From positions 1-64,000 of the forward strand of contig CDMY01000104.1 in the NCBI GenBank assembly GCA_001179505.1: a DNA stretch of 64,000 bases, in the 5' to 3' direction. The notes under the pieces are model-generated. The model was given only the letters and a program-made list of their open reading frames with translations. It had not been told where the DNA came from and did not search any database. Position 1 is the first letter of the stretch. Every line of letters starts with the position of its first letter. This stretch comes from Vitrella brassicaformis CCMP3155. Taxonomy: Eukaryota > Protista > Chromerida. The position numbers and the translations under genes were made by a program. Positions 12,337 to 24,700 of this stretch are shown one piece after another.

Positions 12337-14100
12337 TCACGTCAGGCCCAGCGAGACGAACGCGTCGTCATCCATGTACCCCAGCTGCTGCCAATGAAAC
12401 TGGCAGTCGGCGTCGCCGAGGTGGGTGTTGAAGTCCTTCTCCACACCAGTTACGCCGTGTCGGTCCGCCTCATCCAACCGTGCCCTGTGGACCACTTCGC
12501 GCAGCCCCAGCAGCCGGTGCTGCCCATCGTGCTGCCGCCTCACGGCGAAACACTGCAGCGGCACTCTGACCGTCCTGCCGCCCACATTGGCCACCACGCC
12601 CACCACCTCCTGATTGCTGTTGGCCCTCAGTGCGGAACGAACGAAATGCTCCGCTGCCGCATGCACACGATCCGCCATGTCGGTGTGCCGCAAGCCGATG
12701 CCCTCTCTGATAGCCCTCATGGCGTTGTCCATGTCGAAGAGGTATGATGCAATACGCCAGGCAAAGACATCCAATGGGCGGACGGCGAGCAAAGGGGTGA
12801 GCAAGGCAGCGAGTGACCGTTGGGGGCCGAGGGCCCGGTTGACAGCTGCCATGGTCACATTCCGTAGCTCGTTGAGCACCGCAGTGTACTCGGTCAGAAT
12901 CAGCTGCCGCTTGTGGCGCTCAACGAGGCTGGCTGTAGGCATTAGGCTGATGTCGGCGCCCGCTTTCAGTAATGAATGGATAGTCGTCTTGATCATGGAA
13001 CTTCGCTGATCATCCTCTAGATGCAAGTTGGCTGCCTGGAGTTGCTGGGACCGTTGGACGAGCGCGTCGGCAGCACAGACGAGGGGTGGGTCAGCAAAGA
13101 TGGGCGTACCGTTGATGCTGCCGGTCTGTGCTCGACTGTTGATCTCGGCAGCGGGCAGCTTGCGACACAGGTAGTCGGCCACAATGGGAGAGCCAAACTC
13201 GATCGCCCGGTCTAGTGGCTTTTGCCGGAGTTGGTCATATGCTGCGATATCGGCGCCGTGCTGGGTGATGAGGTCAAGGTAGCTGTTGATAAAGGACGAT
13301 GCACAGTGCCCCTGTGCGTACTGGGCTGCCATGTGCACTAAGTTGCCCAACATGCTATCCCCGTCTTGTTCGGTTGCGAGTGTGGCGTCATAATGGACGA
13401 GGGTGCGATACATGCTCAGCAGAACCTCCTGATACTCGGGGAGAAGGGGACGCAGCATACGAGGCAGCTCCAACACAACGAACATGTCGACCCGGATGCT
13501 ACTCTGTCGCATCAGCAGCTCGAATGCCGGCTGGTTGATCGATGCGATGGCCACTCGGAGGGGCCTCCGCCGAAAAGTGTGTGGCCATTCGGATGGGATA
13601 TCCGGATGTTGATAGCGCGGGATGCCCCAAGATAAACGGCTGCCTCCCGTCAGATCCGCCCCTCCGTCGATTACTGCGGTGATCATGCCTTCCTCCAGAC
13701 CGTCGGGCCACAGCGGCAAAGCGACGGGACAGCCACGGTAGTTATCATGGGTTTGTGCCTGGACGGTCGGGATAGTGTGGTCTGACTTGTTGTCGATCAC
13801 GAGAGACAGCAACGGGTATATGATGCCCTCTGTGCTGCTGGTGCTGCTGCCCTTCTTCCGCAGCCGAATCATGACACAAGGGTCGGCGCCCTCCTGCTCG
13901 TGGCGGATGAGGTCGGTTGCTTCCTGGACGTCGGTGATGGTGCGACTAATGAGGCCCACGGCTAGCTGCTTAGTGGCGTCGTTGGTGCCCTCGGGGAATC
14001 GAGCCTCAATGTCGTCAGCTCCCAGCCAGCCCTCAGGCACAGCAACTGCAGTGGCCGAGGGAGGAATCGCCACGCCTGCAGCGCAGGGCCCACACACCAT
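12337..14100 (-). CDS. Intronless ankyrin-like repeat protein of a lineage-expanded family
   Basis: 633-aa ORF (likely ATG 14100) with ankyrin-like segments (KPLDRAIEFGSPIVADYLCRK, SLLKAGADIS). C-terminus matches the paralog at 35742. Confidence 0.75.
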   Translation of the reverse strand: MVCGPCAAGVAIPPSATAVAVPEGWLGADDIEARFPEGTNDATKQLAVGLISRTITDVQEATDLIRHEQEGADPCVMIRLRKKGSSTSSTEGIIYPLLSLVIDNKSDHTIPTVQAQTHDNYRGCPVALPLWPDGLEEGMITAVIDGGADLTGGSRLSWGIPRYQHPDIPSEWPHTFRRRPLRVAIASINQPAFELLMRQSSIRVDMFVVLELPRMLRPLLPEYQEVLLSMYRTLVHYDATLATEQDGDSMLGNLVHMAAQYAQGHCASSFINSYLDLITQHGADIAAYDQLRQKPLDRAIEFGSPIVADYLCRKLPAAEINSRAQTGSINGTPIFADPPLVCAADALVQRSQQLQAANLHLEDDQRSSMIKTTIHSLLKAGADISLMPTASLVERHKRQLILTEYTAVLNELRNVTMAAVNRALGPQRSLAALLTPLLAVRPLDVFAWRIASYLFDMDNAMRAIREGIGLRHTDMADRVHAAAEHFVRSALRANSNQEVVGVVANVGGRTVRVPLQCFAVRRQHDGQHRLLGLREVVHRARLDEADRHGVTGVEKDFNTHLGDADCQFHWQQLGYMDDDAFVSLGLT

Positions 14101-14321
14101 GTGACGCACATAGCGGATCCGCGTGTGTGTCCGGCGTACCGTGCTCCTCATATTCGGGCGTCCAGGCGAGATGTTCGTCGTACCAGTCACTCTGCGACAT
14201 ACGGTACTCCGCCCAGTCAGCCCGAGACCAGCAATCACTGATATCGGAGTCCTGCGTACGAGAGCAATGAGGAGGGCAGAAACGAGATGTAATCACATGG
14301 AATCGATGGTAAGTTGACGAA

Positions 14322-16284
14322 TCAGCGCCTCACCGATTGGTACTCAGCTGCCTCAGGAGATGAGACCACATCTGGACTCCTCACAGGAACCTCCTGCTGA
14401 TCAGCTATCTCGTGCTGCTGCTCGCCTAATATGGAGTCACTCCTATCAGCATTGTGGGGCAGCGATGCGCCGTTTGACGTTGCAGTGATGCCAATCGATG
14501 CAGGAATGCCAGCAGGGGGAGACGGTAGGATGGTGGGTCCTCGTGTGGGTGTGGGCTGGGCGTCAGTGGGAGCCGCACGCTGCTGCAACTGCTGCTGCTG
14601 CTGTTGGTGTGTCTGGGTGGGTGGCCTCCGCTGCTGCACATCGCCAGGAGCACGCGAGAAAGCCCGTCCAGCCACACAGACACAGGGAGGGTCGCTGGCT
14701 GCACGGGGCGCCTGAATACACACCCACATCCACGCGGGATATCATGACGACTGCTTTCTCTCCCTCTCTCTCTGTCTCTACGTGTATATGCACCTGGTCG
14801 AGGACGTCCCCATGTTGAATGTGGTAGTTGTCAGCCGTATTATCCCTGCCGCCGCGCCCGTCGTTGGCATACTCCTCACGCATCTCCCTTTCTCCATACA
14901 CATTGCGGCCCGCACCAGGCCGACCCTCACCCAGACGCCGATTCCCCTCTTCCCCCCTCTCGCGCACCACACGCCCGCAGCCATTGCCATTGCCGTAGCC
15001 GTCCTCCACATCGCGACGACGATACGCGGTCCGCTGCTCGTCGTCCTGACCACGATACACCGTCGGCTGCTCACGCTCACGCCGGTCGCCATTCTCAGAC
15101 ATGTACACGGCGTCTCGGTTTGCGCGGGCGTGTCTGTTGTCGGGGCTGTTATGGCGGTGTTGGGGTGGCTGGCTGTGGTGGTCCATGTAGGTGTCGAGTT
15201 CGTCATCGGTGTGTGCGGGATCAATTGTGTGCTGGTGCTGCTGCCGGTCTTGGGGGTGAGGGGGATCTGAGAGAAGGGTGAAGGGCATGTGCATATCACA
15301 TGTGTTTGCATACAGACGTGTGCCGTGTGTGTTGTGTGTGCCTGTGTGCTGCCCACCTGCTGCGCGCGCGACGCGGTGGCGCGGGCCGATATGACATCGG
15401 ATGTCACTCGAAAACTCCCCTGAAAACACGACAACCAGCACCAATCAGGACGGCATAAGCTCTTTCCCTCTTTCCCTCTCTCCCTCCCTCCCTCCCTTGC
15501 TTACCGAACCAGCCCTGCCACTTCCGCAAGCACTGCACCTGCGCCCTTGTGGCCGTCGAGTTGGGGTTCTCGATCATGCTGGCCGTCACCATGTCCGACA
15601 GCACGTCCAGCACCACCGACGAGATGCCTACCAGCATCCGCCCCTCGTGATGCGTGAAGTCGCGAATGTCCGGGCACTCCTCCACCCACTGCCTCAAATG
15701 GTTCATCAGCAGGATGCACGAATGAAAGTCTGGCCGGCTGAGCTTCACTGCGTCGGTGAGCCGGTCCTCGTGTGCGGGAATGCTTGAGATGGGCGGGCCG
15801 AAATCGCCGGGCCGGTTGGCTGTCGTTGGACGGCGGTGGTGGTGGCTGCGCCTGGGTGCCTCGGGGACGGTGTCGCGGTCAAGCTCTGGGTCACCTGGTA
15901 TTCGAAACATGCATGCACGTGTGTGTTTCTGTGCGTGTGTTCGGTGTGTGCATGCGCGGGTCTCACGTGAGTGTCGGGTATCGCGGTGTCGCTTTCGCGA
16001 TCGGTCTCGCTCGTCGTCGAAGCCAGAACGCCCCCCTGTGCACACAGAGGCAACAGATACAACGACAGGCACACATGCACCCAGATCTATTTCCCTTGCT
16101 TCATCTTCTTTGCTCACTCACCTCTTCGCACGCCGGCTTCGCGTCTGTGCACCTCCGGGCTCCCAGCCACCTCATCACAGCCGTTCTCCACACCTGTGCC
16201 ATCTACATCGTCGCGGCGGTGGCGTATGTGGCTGTTCGCATGCACGTCGGACCGCGAGTCGTCGTAGCGCTGTGAGCTATGCAT
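14322..16284 (-). CDS. Hypothetical low-complexity protein, multi-exon (start uncertain)
   Basis: Chain of non-microsatellite exons with GT-AG flanks, including an ordered segment RPDFHSCILLMNHLRQWVEECPDIRDF..VLDVLSDMVTASMIE. Stop at 14322. Confidence 0.5.
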
Positions 16285-16374
16285 CCTCTCCTCCGCCACG
16301 GCAATTTTTTCCGCGCGGGACGGACAGAAGAGATCACAGACGAACTTCAAGAAGGTACTTCAAGAAGGGAGAGA

Positions 16375-19300
16375 ATGGGGGGTGGACCATGGGGAATGGA
16401 CACTGAAAGAGTACGTCGCTCGCTCAGCACAGCGAAACTCATCATCACAGAACCAAATGCGCGTATCCTGCGATCGCCTGGGGGCTGCGAGCCGCAAAAG
16501 ACCGTCTCAGAAACATCGCATCATCGGATTGTTGCCGGCATTGGGAACTGGTTGATATTGCAATGGCGGCCCTGCCAGCCGAGCCCCCAGTTGATGCCGA
16601 CAATGCCTATCTGCGTGAGTTCGCCGCCAAGACCATTCAGAGCTTCTTCAGGGTTACCACCGCACTGCAGACCCTTAAGGACAGAGGAGTGCACCGTCTG
16701 CACGGTCTCAATCATGCAATTGCCGTTCGTTGTCTGTCTTTTTGTCTCACGACGTGCAGTCTCGCCGGCGGCAAGATGAGCACTGTGTTATGAAGAGGCC
16801 CTCTGAGTGCGGCAGTGGGAGCGTGAGTGTGAGCGAGGAGGAGCAGCCCAGGGCACTCAGCCCCACACCGACGCCCTTCAAGACCACCACACGCAACACC
16901 ACCAGAGACAGTAATGATGCCGGTAGTCAGCACATGAGCCAATCAATCAATCACTGCACCAGGCCTGAGCTCGTTCCTCCAACCTGTGTGTGGCTGGCAG
17001 CTGAGTGGCGGCCGATTCCCCCGCCCCCGACGGCTTCGTTGCCATTGCGGGAAGGTATCACATCACGCAGCCACTCATATATAGACATTATGGGGAAAGC
17101 GCTTATGTTATGTGTGTCTCTGTGTGTTGGTGCGGTGCAGAGAGGGTTGTGTGGCGGCCTGTTGGTGATGCTGGTGCTGTTGGAGCTGCTGCTGGTGGAA
17201 TTGGTGATCGCATCACATCGCTATCGACGTGTGGTGCGACTGGGTCTGCTGGTCTTCCCCCACTGCCCCCCAAGAGACCTCAGTTGATGCTGCCGCCCAT
17301 CGCTGCTGACAAGGTGGGTGGGTGGGGCGGCTGACTGGCTGCGTGTGTGTGATCAATCAGCTGGTCGATGGATGCTTTGCTGCGTGTGTGTGTTATAAGA
17401 ATGCTCCTCTCCCTCCTGCTGCGTGTGTGGGTGTGGACATCGCTTTGTCGCCTCCCAATGACGCTAGAAGAAGGTACACTCATCCAGACGTGTGTGTGTC
17501 TCATCTGTTCTCTCTCTCTCTCTCTGTGGGGTCTGTCAGCCCTGCGCTGTGTGACCGACCGATCAGCACCTATCGGTCGTCGTCACCATTCAGATCGTAC
17601 GCATCTTACATAGGCATACATAGTGCTCTTCTACTTGGAATATCTGTGTGTGCATGGTGTGCTTCGCTTCATAGCCACTCCTCCCCCTCTGTCCACGCCG
17701 GGAAGGTGGCATCTTTTGTCCAACAGGTAAGAACAGGCAGGGCACTCACACAACACAAACACACAGCCACGCACAGCAACCCAAGTTGTGATTTCTGTCC
17801 GTCTGTCTGTCTGTCTGTCTGTGTGTCTGCATGCTCGTCTCGTGCAGCTGACCACGCATCCCCGTCGGCTGCCGACGCCCCCATATGTGTCGCGACCTTC
17901 GTCGGCGGACCATGTGTGTAGGACTGCACAGACATGCAGGCATACACAATTGATTAAGCAAGTGTGCTTTCCTTTATGCCTACACACAGGAGAGCGTGCA
18001 TCTGCCCCCGATCACGCGAGCGGCCTCCTCCGTGTCGACACGAGACGTAAGATGAGATGAGATGCACACACATACCATACAGACAGAGAGACAACACAGA
18101 GGCACACGTATCATGTAACGGTACAGCAATCGACCACCCCGTTCATGAGCAGCCGGCTGTCTGTCATGTCGATTGAGCTCGAGGACAAAAGGAAGACCAT
18201 ACACGCCCTGCGAAAAGTCAGTCAGTCAGTACTCACTCAGCCCGACCCGACGCACACAGATAAATGCCGCGTTTCTGCAGGCTCTGGACCTCTCCCGCAG
18301 ACGCGAGACAGCCATCGAGCAAGAGGTCAATGCACGGCTGCAGGTGCGTATGCGCCTCTTATGAACACGAGCCGTGCGCACAGGACTCTGTGCGTGTGTG
18401 TGTGCAGGAGTCCTTCGCGAAGGAGGTGCAGCGGTATGAGAGCACACTCGAGAGGCACCTGCGGCTCATCGACAGGCTGCTGGCTGACAAAAAGGAGCTC
18501 ACCAAACGGTCAAAAGTCGTTCGGGCCGCCCCATATGTCTCTTTCTGTGTATGGGTGTGTGTGTGGGTGTCTCACTCTTTTGCAGGTGTGAGCAGTATGC
18601 CTGTGACATCAAGGCCATCGAGAGGAGATATGAGGCCAAAATCGAAAACATTCAGGTACAGTCTCAAACACGCCCATTCATTCGCCTGATGTGTGTGTCT
18701 TTGTGTGTGGTGCACACAAACATACACACACAGGGGGAGTGCCAGCGGGAGCTGGACAAACAGAGACGGGGTCTCATCCAAGCCGAGAAGGCGCGCAGAG
18801 AGGCCTGGGAGCAGCAGAAGAAGCAAGAGATAAAGGTACACACGGCACGGCCTCCGGCCGTCTGTCTGTCTGCCCTATCCATCCATTTGTGTGGGTGTGT
18901 TGTGTTTATGGCATGGCTGCAGCAAATAACGATCAAGGGCCTGGAGCCAGAGATCGACCGGCTGATGGACAAACACAGAAAGGAGAAGCACGAGCTCGAG
19001 AGGAAACTCGCAGACCAGCTGGAAGAGACAAAGAAGGAGGCGAGGCGCCATAAATGACACACAGACAGACAGACAGACAGACATCTGCACCCCGTTGACA
19101 CGAGCGTATGTTATGTGTGTCATGTCACGTCGATATGATGTGTGCAGCTGGCGATTGAGTATCAGGAGAAGGCCAAGACACTGCGCGCCAAGCTGGACAA
19201 GTTAGTTTGTGCGTATGCTATGCAGCCACCCCACTGTGGGGAATGTCTGTCTGTCTGTCTGTCTGTATGTGTCTCCTCTCTCTCCAGGGAGTACGAGGAG

Positions 19301-19684
19301 AGCATAGAGGAGGAGAGGAAACACCAGAGGTGAGGTGCCCACCCACCTACATACTCAACACCATCACAAGCAAACAAACACCCACACACACACACCCCAT
19401 AGCATAGCATAGCATAGCAAACGTATCTATACTTTTAGACGTCGCCTTCGCGAGCAGTTTGAGACCTTCGAGAAGCAGGTAGAAGGACAGTCTGTCTGTC
19501 GGGCATCTAATCTATCTACCACCCGTTGGTGCAGCTGTCTGAGGAGCGTTCTGCTCACGCGACCGCCATGCTGAGTGAAAGGCAGAGGTGGGAGGACTCC
19601 ATGAGAGACGAACGACGCAAAGTCGAAGACAAGATACGGTAGATGGGTCCGCGGGCATTGGATATGCGCGCATGTCCTTATGTT

Positions 19685-19718
<34 letters not shown>

Positions 19719-21347
19719 CATGTTTGTTTAGGGCCGACACGCAGCACGAGCGCATGACGCTTGAGGCCAAGATCGCCGAGCTGACAGAGAAGACGGAGGA
19801 GGCACAGAGGAGGCAAGCCAACGAACTCAAACAGAGAGATAAACAGGTAAGTACCCTCACACCGACAACATATGCAGAGAGAGAGAGAGAGACGGACACA
19901 GAGAGAGAGGGAGAGAGAGACAAGCAAGAACAAACAAACACCTGACCTGCAGATGGCCGCCGACCGCGACGACTGGCAGCGAGAGTTCTCGGCCAAGCTG
20001 CGGAAGGAGCACAGTGACGCCATCGAGGAGATGAGGGCACAGATGGAGGAGGACAAGAAGAAGGAAATCGCTGCCGTGAGGGAGCAGCTGAAAGAGCAGA
20101 CCACGCGCATGCAGGACAGCCACGCCAGACACCTCAGCGCTGAGGTACGGTACATAGCCATTGTTATGTCTGTTTGATAGATAGACAGGGAGAGAAGGAG
20201 AGAAGGATTGATTGGCCGCACAATGTCATGTGTGTGTGTGTGTGTGTGTCTTCAGATGGATCGCGCCAAGAGAGAGTGGGCGGAGGAGAGAGCCGCCTTG
20301 CAGGAGCGAGTGCACGACACCGGGGCCAAGCTGCAGGTATGCCAACACCTACATACATCCATCTATTCATCCATCCATCTCTGTGTGTCTCCTGCCCATA
20401 TATATACGTGTATAGGCGTCAGTGCATGACATCAACGAGCTGAGAGAGAGGCTGGCGAAGGAAGAGGTCAGGGCACTGGAGGCCGAGAGAGAAAAGAGCA
20501 CCCTTGCGGACCGGCTCAAAGTGAGTGAGATGACACAGTACAGTCAGCACACACACATGATGTGTTTTGTGTGTGTGTGTGTGTGTGTCCACCGTGCAGT
20601 GTGTTGAGAGCGCCATGTCTACGGAGCAAAGTCGGCACGCCGAAAAGCTGCAGGCTGCAAAGCAACACTTCCAAGTAGTGACCCACACACACACATACTA
20701 GGCTAGGCGCATCGCTCTCGTGGACACATAGGCTGCGGAGGAGCGCCTCAAAACCGAGATGACTGAGCTGCAGGAATCCCTCGAGAGGGAACAGGTAAGA
20801 ACACACACACACGGACACGCACTTGGACACACACACGTGTGTCATTGTGTCGTTTGTCCACAGGAGCGTGCTGCGCGTGAATTGGACGAGCACCGGCAGG
20901 GCTCCGCCGAGACCCTCAAACGGCTGGAGGAGAAAGTCAGGGCGGCCGTCGACGAAAAGGTACGAATGTCTGTGTATTTATTGTGTCTCCATCCAGCACT
21001 CAATGCAAGTCAAGTTTTGATGCATGGTTGCATTGCAATGACGTGTTGCTTTGGTGGGGGGCAGGATCAGCTCATTGCGGATCTCTCCGACCAGCTCAAA
21101 GCTGCTGAGATAACAGTCAGTACTCACCTACACACACGGACGGCCACAGCACAGAACAGCACAGCACACTGACGGCTTCCTCTCTCTCTCCCTGTGTGTA
21201 TGTGTGTCTATATAGGAGGGTCAGCTGCGTGCCATGCTCGAGACGCAACGAGAAGAGCTACTGGGCACCATCATCACCCAACCCCCACACACACGCCCAC
21301 AGCCGCCCGCTCCAGCACGCAACAACCCCTACACACACGGTAAGTAA
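16375..21347 (+). CDS. CEP131: Centrosomal/ciliary coiled-coil protein CEP131 (AZI1)-like, multi-exon
   Basis: N-terminal IQ-like AAKTIQSFFR, then YESTLERHLRLIDRLLADKKELTKR, AEKARREAWEQQKKQEIK and TIKGLEPEIDRLMDKHRKE, which parallel CEP131 motifs. Long E/K/R coiled coil. Confidence 0.8.
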
Positions 21348-21765
21348 TATCGGTTGACGCTTTTCATGTGGTCCATGGATGGAAGGGGGTGTGTGTGTGT
21401 GTGTGTGGCTGCAGTGCCGCCGGTGGCGGTGGGCTCCCCTGGCCGGAGAGAGCGGGACAGACACAGACGAGGGTGAAACAAATTGGCGTGTTGAATGGCG
21501 TGGATCGGATGGCGTGTGTATGCTCTGCTCTGCTCTGCTCTGGTGTTTCTTGGCTGACCAATTGGTTCGGGCACAGACGGAGAGATCGCATTGATTGCAT
21601 TCCATATGATTATTAATAATCGGGAAGGACGGGAGTGTCTCAAATGCTATCTATGTGTGTCCGCTGTAAGTGGCACCTACGATAACGACCAATCTGTACA
21701 TCTCGTGGCGCGCGAGAGAAATAAAGGGAATATGCTCACACCCACACCCACACCCAGGATGATCA

Positions 21766-24700
21766 TCATGACAGAGGAAACCGCTGGACACACACACACA
21801 CGGAGAGAGAGAGAGAGAGAGAGAGAGATGCAGAGATCCGTGTTGTGTCTATGTGTGTGTGTACCTTCAAGAGTTTGCCGGGTTTGCCGCGGACATGAAC
21901 CACCGGACTGCGGTCCTCCCTCTGCACACACACACACACACCAACGAGTGCCCCCGTATGTGTCGGCCTAGCCACACACACACACACACACACACGTACC
22001 CGATCGCCGCGCTCTCGGTCGGAGGCCGTGCTCCTGTGATTCACGTGACTCTACCACACACACACACACACACGCACACACACAGATGCACCGTTTTGCG
22101 CCCATCCGCCCCCTTCCCCACCTTTGCACGTACCTCGCTCGTTGCGCGTGTGGGCGGCTCGTCCACCATGGCGGGCACTTGGAGCGCACGAGGCACATGA
22201 CGATGGTGATGAGACGACACATCCCGCTGCTCCTCCGTGGGGTTTTCTGGGGCCTCCCCGCCGCCATCGCCATCGCCGTAGAGCTTCACCATGTCGATCC
22301 TGCACACACATACACACATGTCCGTCCGTCCATTGATCCACCCACCCCTGCCCTGTGTGTTTGTTGACCGTGCGATGTTTCTGCCAGGGACGAGGAACGA
22401 TGCCCTCGGGCACATCCTGACGGAGGGGTGCTTCGGCCGCCGCACATACGCTGGCGGCAATGTGATCCTGTAGATGCGCGACGAGTAGTACCGATTCTCC
22501 TGCACCATACACACACACACACACACATGGATGGATGCATGGATGGATGGATGGATGGGGCCATTTGTGCGCCGGGGTGTGTGGGAAGGCACGCCTGCCT
22601 TTTTCCTGTGGATGGACAGCATCTTCAGCAGCGGTTTCCTCTGCCATGCCACCAAAGCGGAGATGGGCGTGGTTGCTACACAAACACACACACAGAGACA
22701 CACACACACACATATGGCTGGATGGATGGATTGACGCGCACAGGAAGAGGCTGCCTTACCCTTTGTGTGCATGGTGTGCCGCATGAGGTCGGTGAACTGC
22801 GTGCGCACGTGGCCCATGTGGTCTGGCGCCACCCTTTCAACACACACACACACGTGTGATCCGCATACACACACAGATGGATGGCCAGGCATAGCTCACC
22901 ATGGTGATATCTTCTTCGCCTCGACGGCCTTCCTCGTCAAGAGCACATCATCGTCCAGCGAACAGTCAGACAGCGCCCTCTCCTACACCCACACACACAC
23001 ACACATACACACACACACAGAGACACTCCCATGTGTGTGTGTGCGCGTGGTGTGTGTGCGGACCTCCTCCTCCAGCTGCTGCTGCTGCTGGGCGTGGGTG
23101 TGTGTCCGCTGCATGACGGTGTCGGGGTGTGGCGGTGTGGGCACCCAGTAGGGGTCATCGTGCAGCTGATCTGCGTGTGTGTCGCCTGTACAGCACGAGG
23201 AGGGCTGCAGCAGCAGCGTGTTGGTGTTGGTGTTGGTTGTGGTGGCTGTGGCGGTGGGAGAGCACTCCTCCATCGGATGAGGCATCGGGTGGTGCATCGG
23301 TGGGACGGGGCCGTCTGTTCTCCGCTTCTTGGCCGGCCCCTGCTGCTGCTGTCCGTGACTCTGCCACACACGCACACACACACATGGATGGATGGATAGA
23401 TGGATGTCTCGGTCTGAGCGCGTACGTGTGTTGCAAGAGCTGCTGCTGCTGCTGGGGGTGGCGGTGGGGGTGGTGGGATTGGTGGCACAGCCACAGGGAC
23501 CGGTTTGGACATGTCCTGCATCTCGTGGCTGCACGCTCCCCCTCCCCCGCCCCCCTGCTCGATGTCCATCGAGGCTGATGACGGTGTTGCCGGCTGCTGC
23601 TGCTGTTGTTGTTGGGGTGGAGGAGGTTGCCGCATCTTCATGTAGGCCGCGAAGGTGGCTGCACGGGACGGATGCATGAGTGCATCAGCCAACACACCAA
23701 CATGGGTGCGTGTTGGGGCTGCGCGTGTGCCACCATGTGCTGACTGACCTTCTGGCAGCACCCTTCGAAGCACATCGTCCGGCACACAAGACAGGGCGCC
23801 CTCGGACACTACACACACACACACATTGGCCATCCATTCCTGTGTGTGTGTGTGCATGTCTGTGTGCGTCTCTGTCTCTCTCTATCTTACTTGGCCCATG
23901 TGCAAGTGCGTAGTGTGTCGTGTGTCCCGTGTGTGTGGGCAACAGTGGCGAAGGCTTCTTGCCCCGCGCCACTGCTGATGACAATGGGAGGGGTGGAGAG
24001 GGCGAGGGGGGCTTCCTGCACCCACATGTGGCCAAACACACACACCGGACGGATGTGTGTGTGTGTGTGTGTGTACCGTTTTGGAGCATGGCCGTGTTTC
24101 TTGTCTGTCTCCGGCAGCAGCGGCACGCTCTTGTCTCGGTCGCGCACCTAAATGCAGTCCATCCATCCATCCATCCATCCATGTGTGTGTAAGTTCAGGT
24201 GAGGACGGACAGGTACCTTTATGAGCACAGTCCGCCTTTTCGGCGAGTCGGCCGTCTCCTCTCCTTCGCTGCATACATGGATAGATGTGATCACACACAC
24301 ACACGCACACACACAAATGGGGAAGATGGCTTCTCACACACACATATGAAGTGCGCACACACCTGCTCAGAGGCGACACGAGAGCCTCTCTCTCCTCCGC
24401 TGCCACCAACCACCCCACACACAGACACAGACACAGAGATGTATGTGTGCACTCGTGAGGGGCGGGGGTTGCTGCAGTCAGTTATAAACTGACCCGATAG
24501 CCGGCCCTCGATCCTTATTGAGGTTATCGGCTGAGCTTGCCCCGCCCTGCCAACACACACACACACACACACATGGGGGTCCACCCCTCTTGGCTGGTGG
24601 TTGCACCATACCATGGTCATTCTTCATTTCATTCAGTGATACTAACCTGAACGTGTGGATGACTGGCCCGCCGGCTTCGTCGGCCAGCACCCGAACGAAG

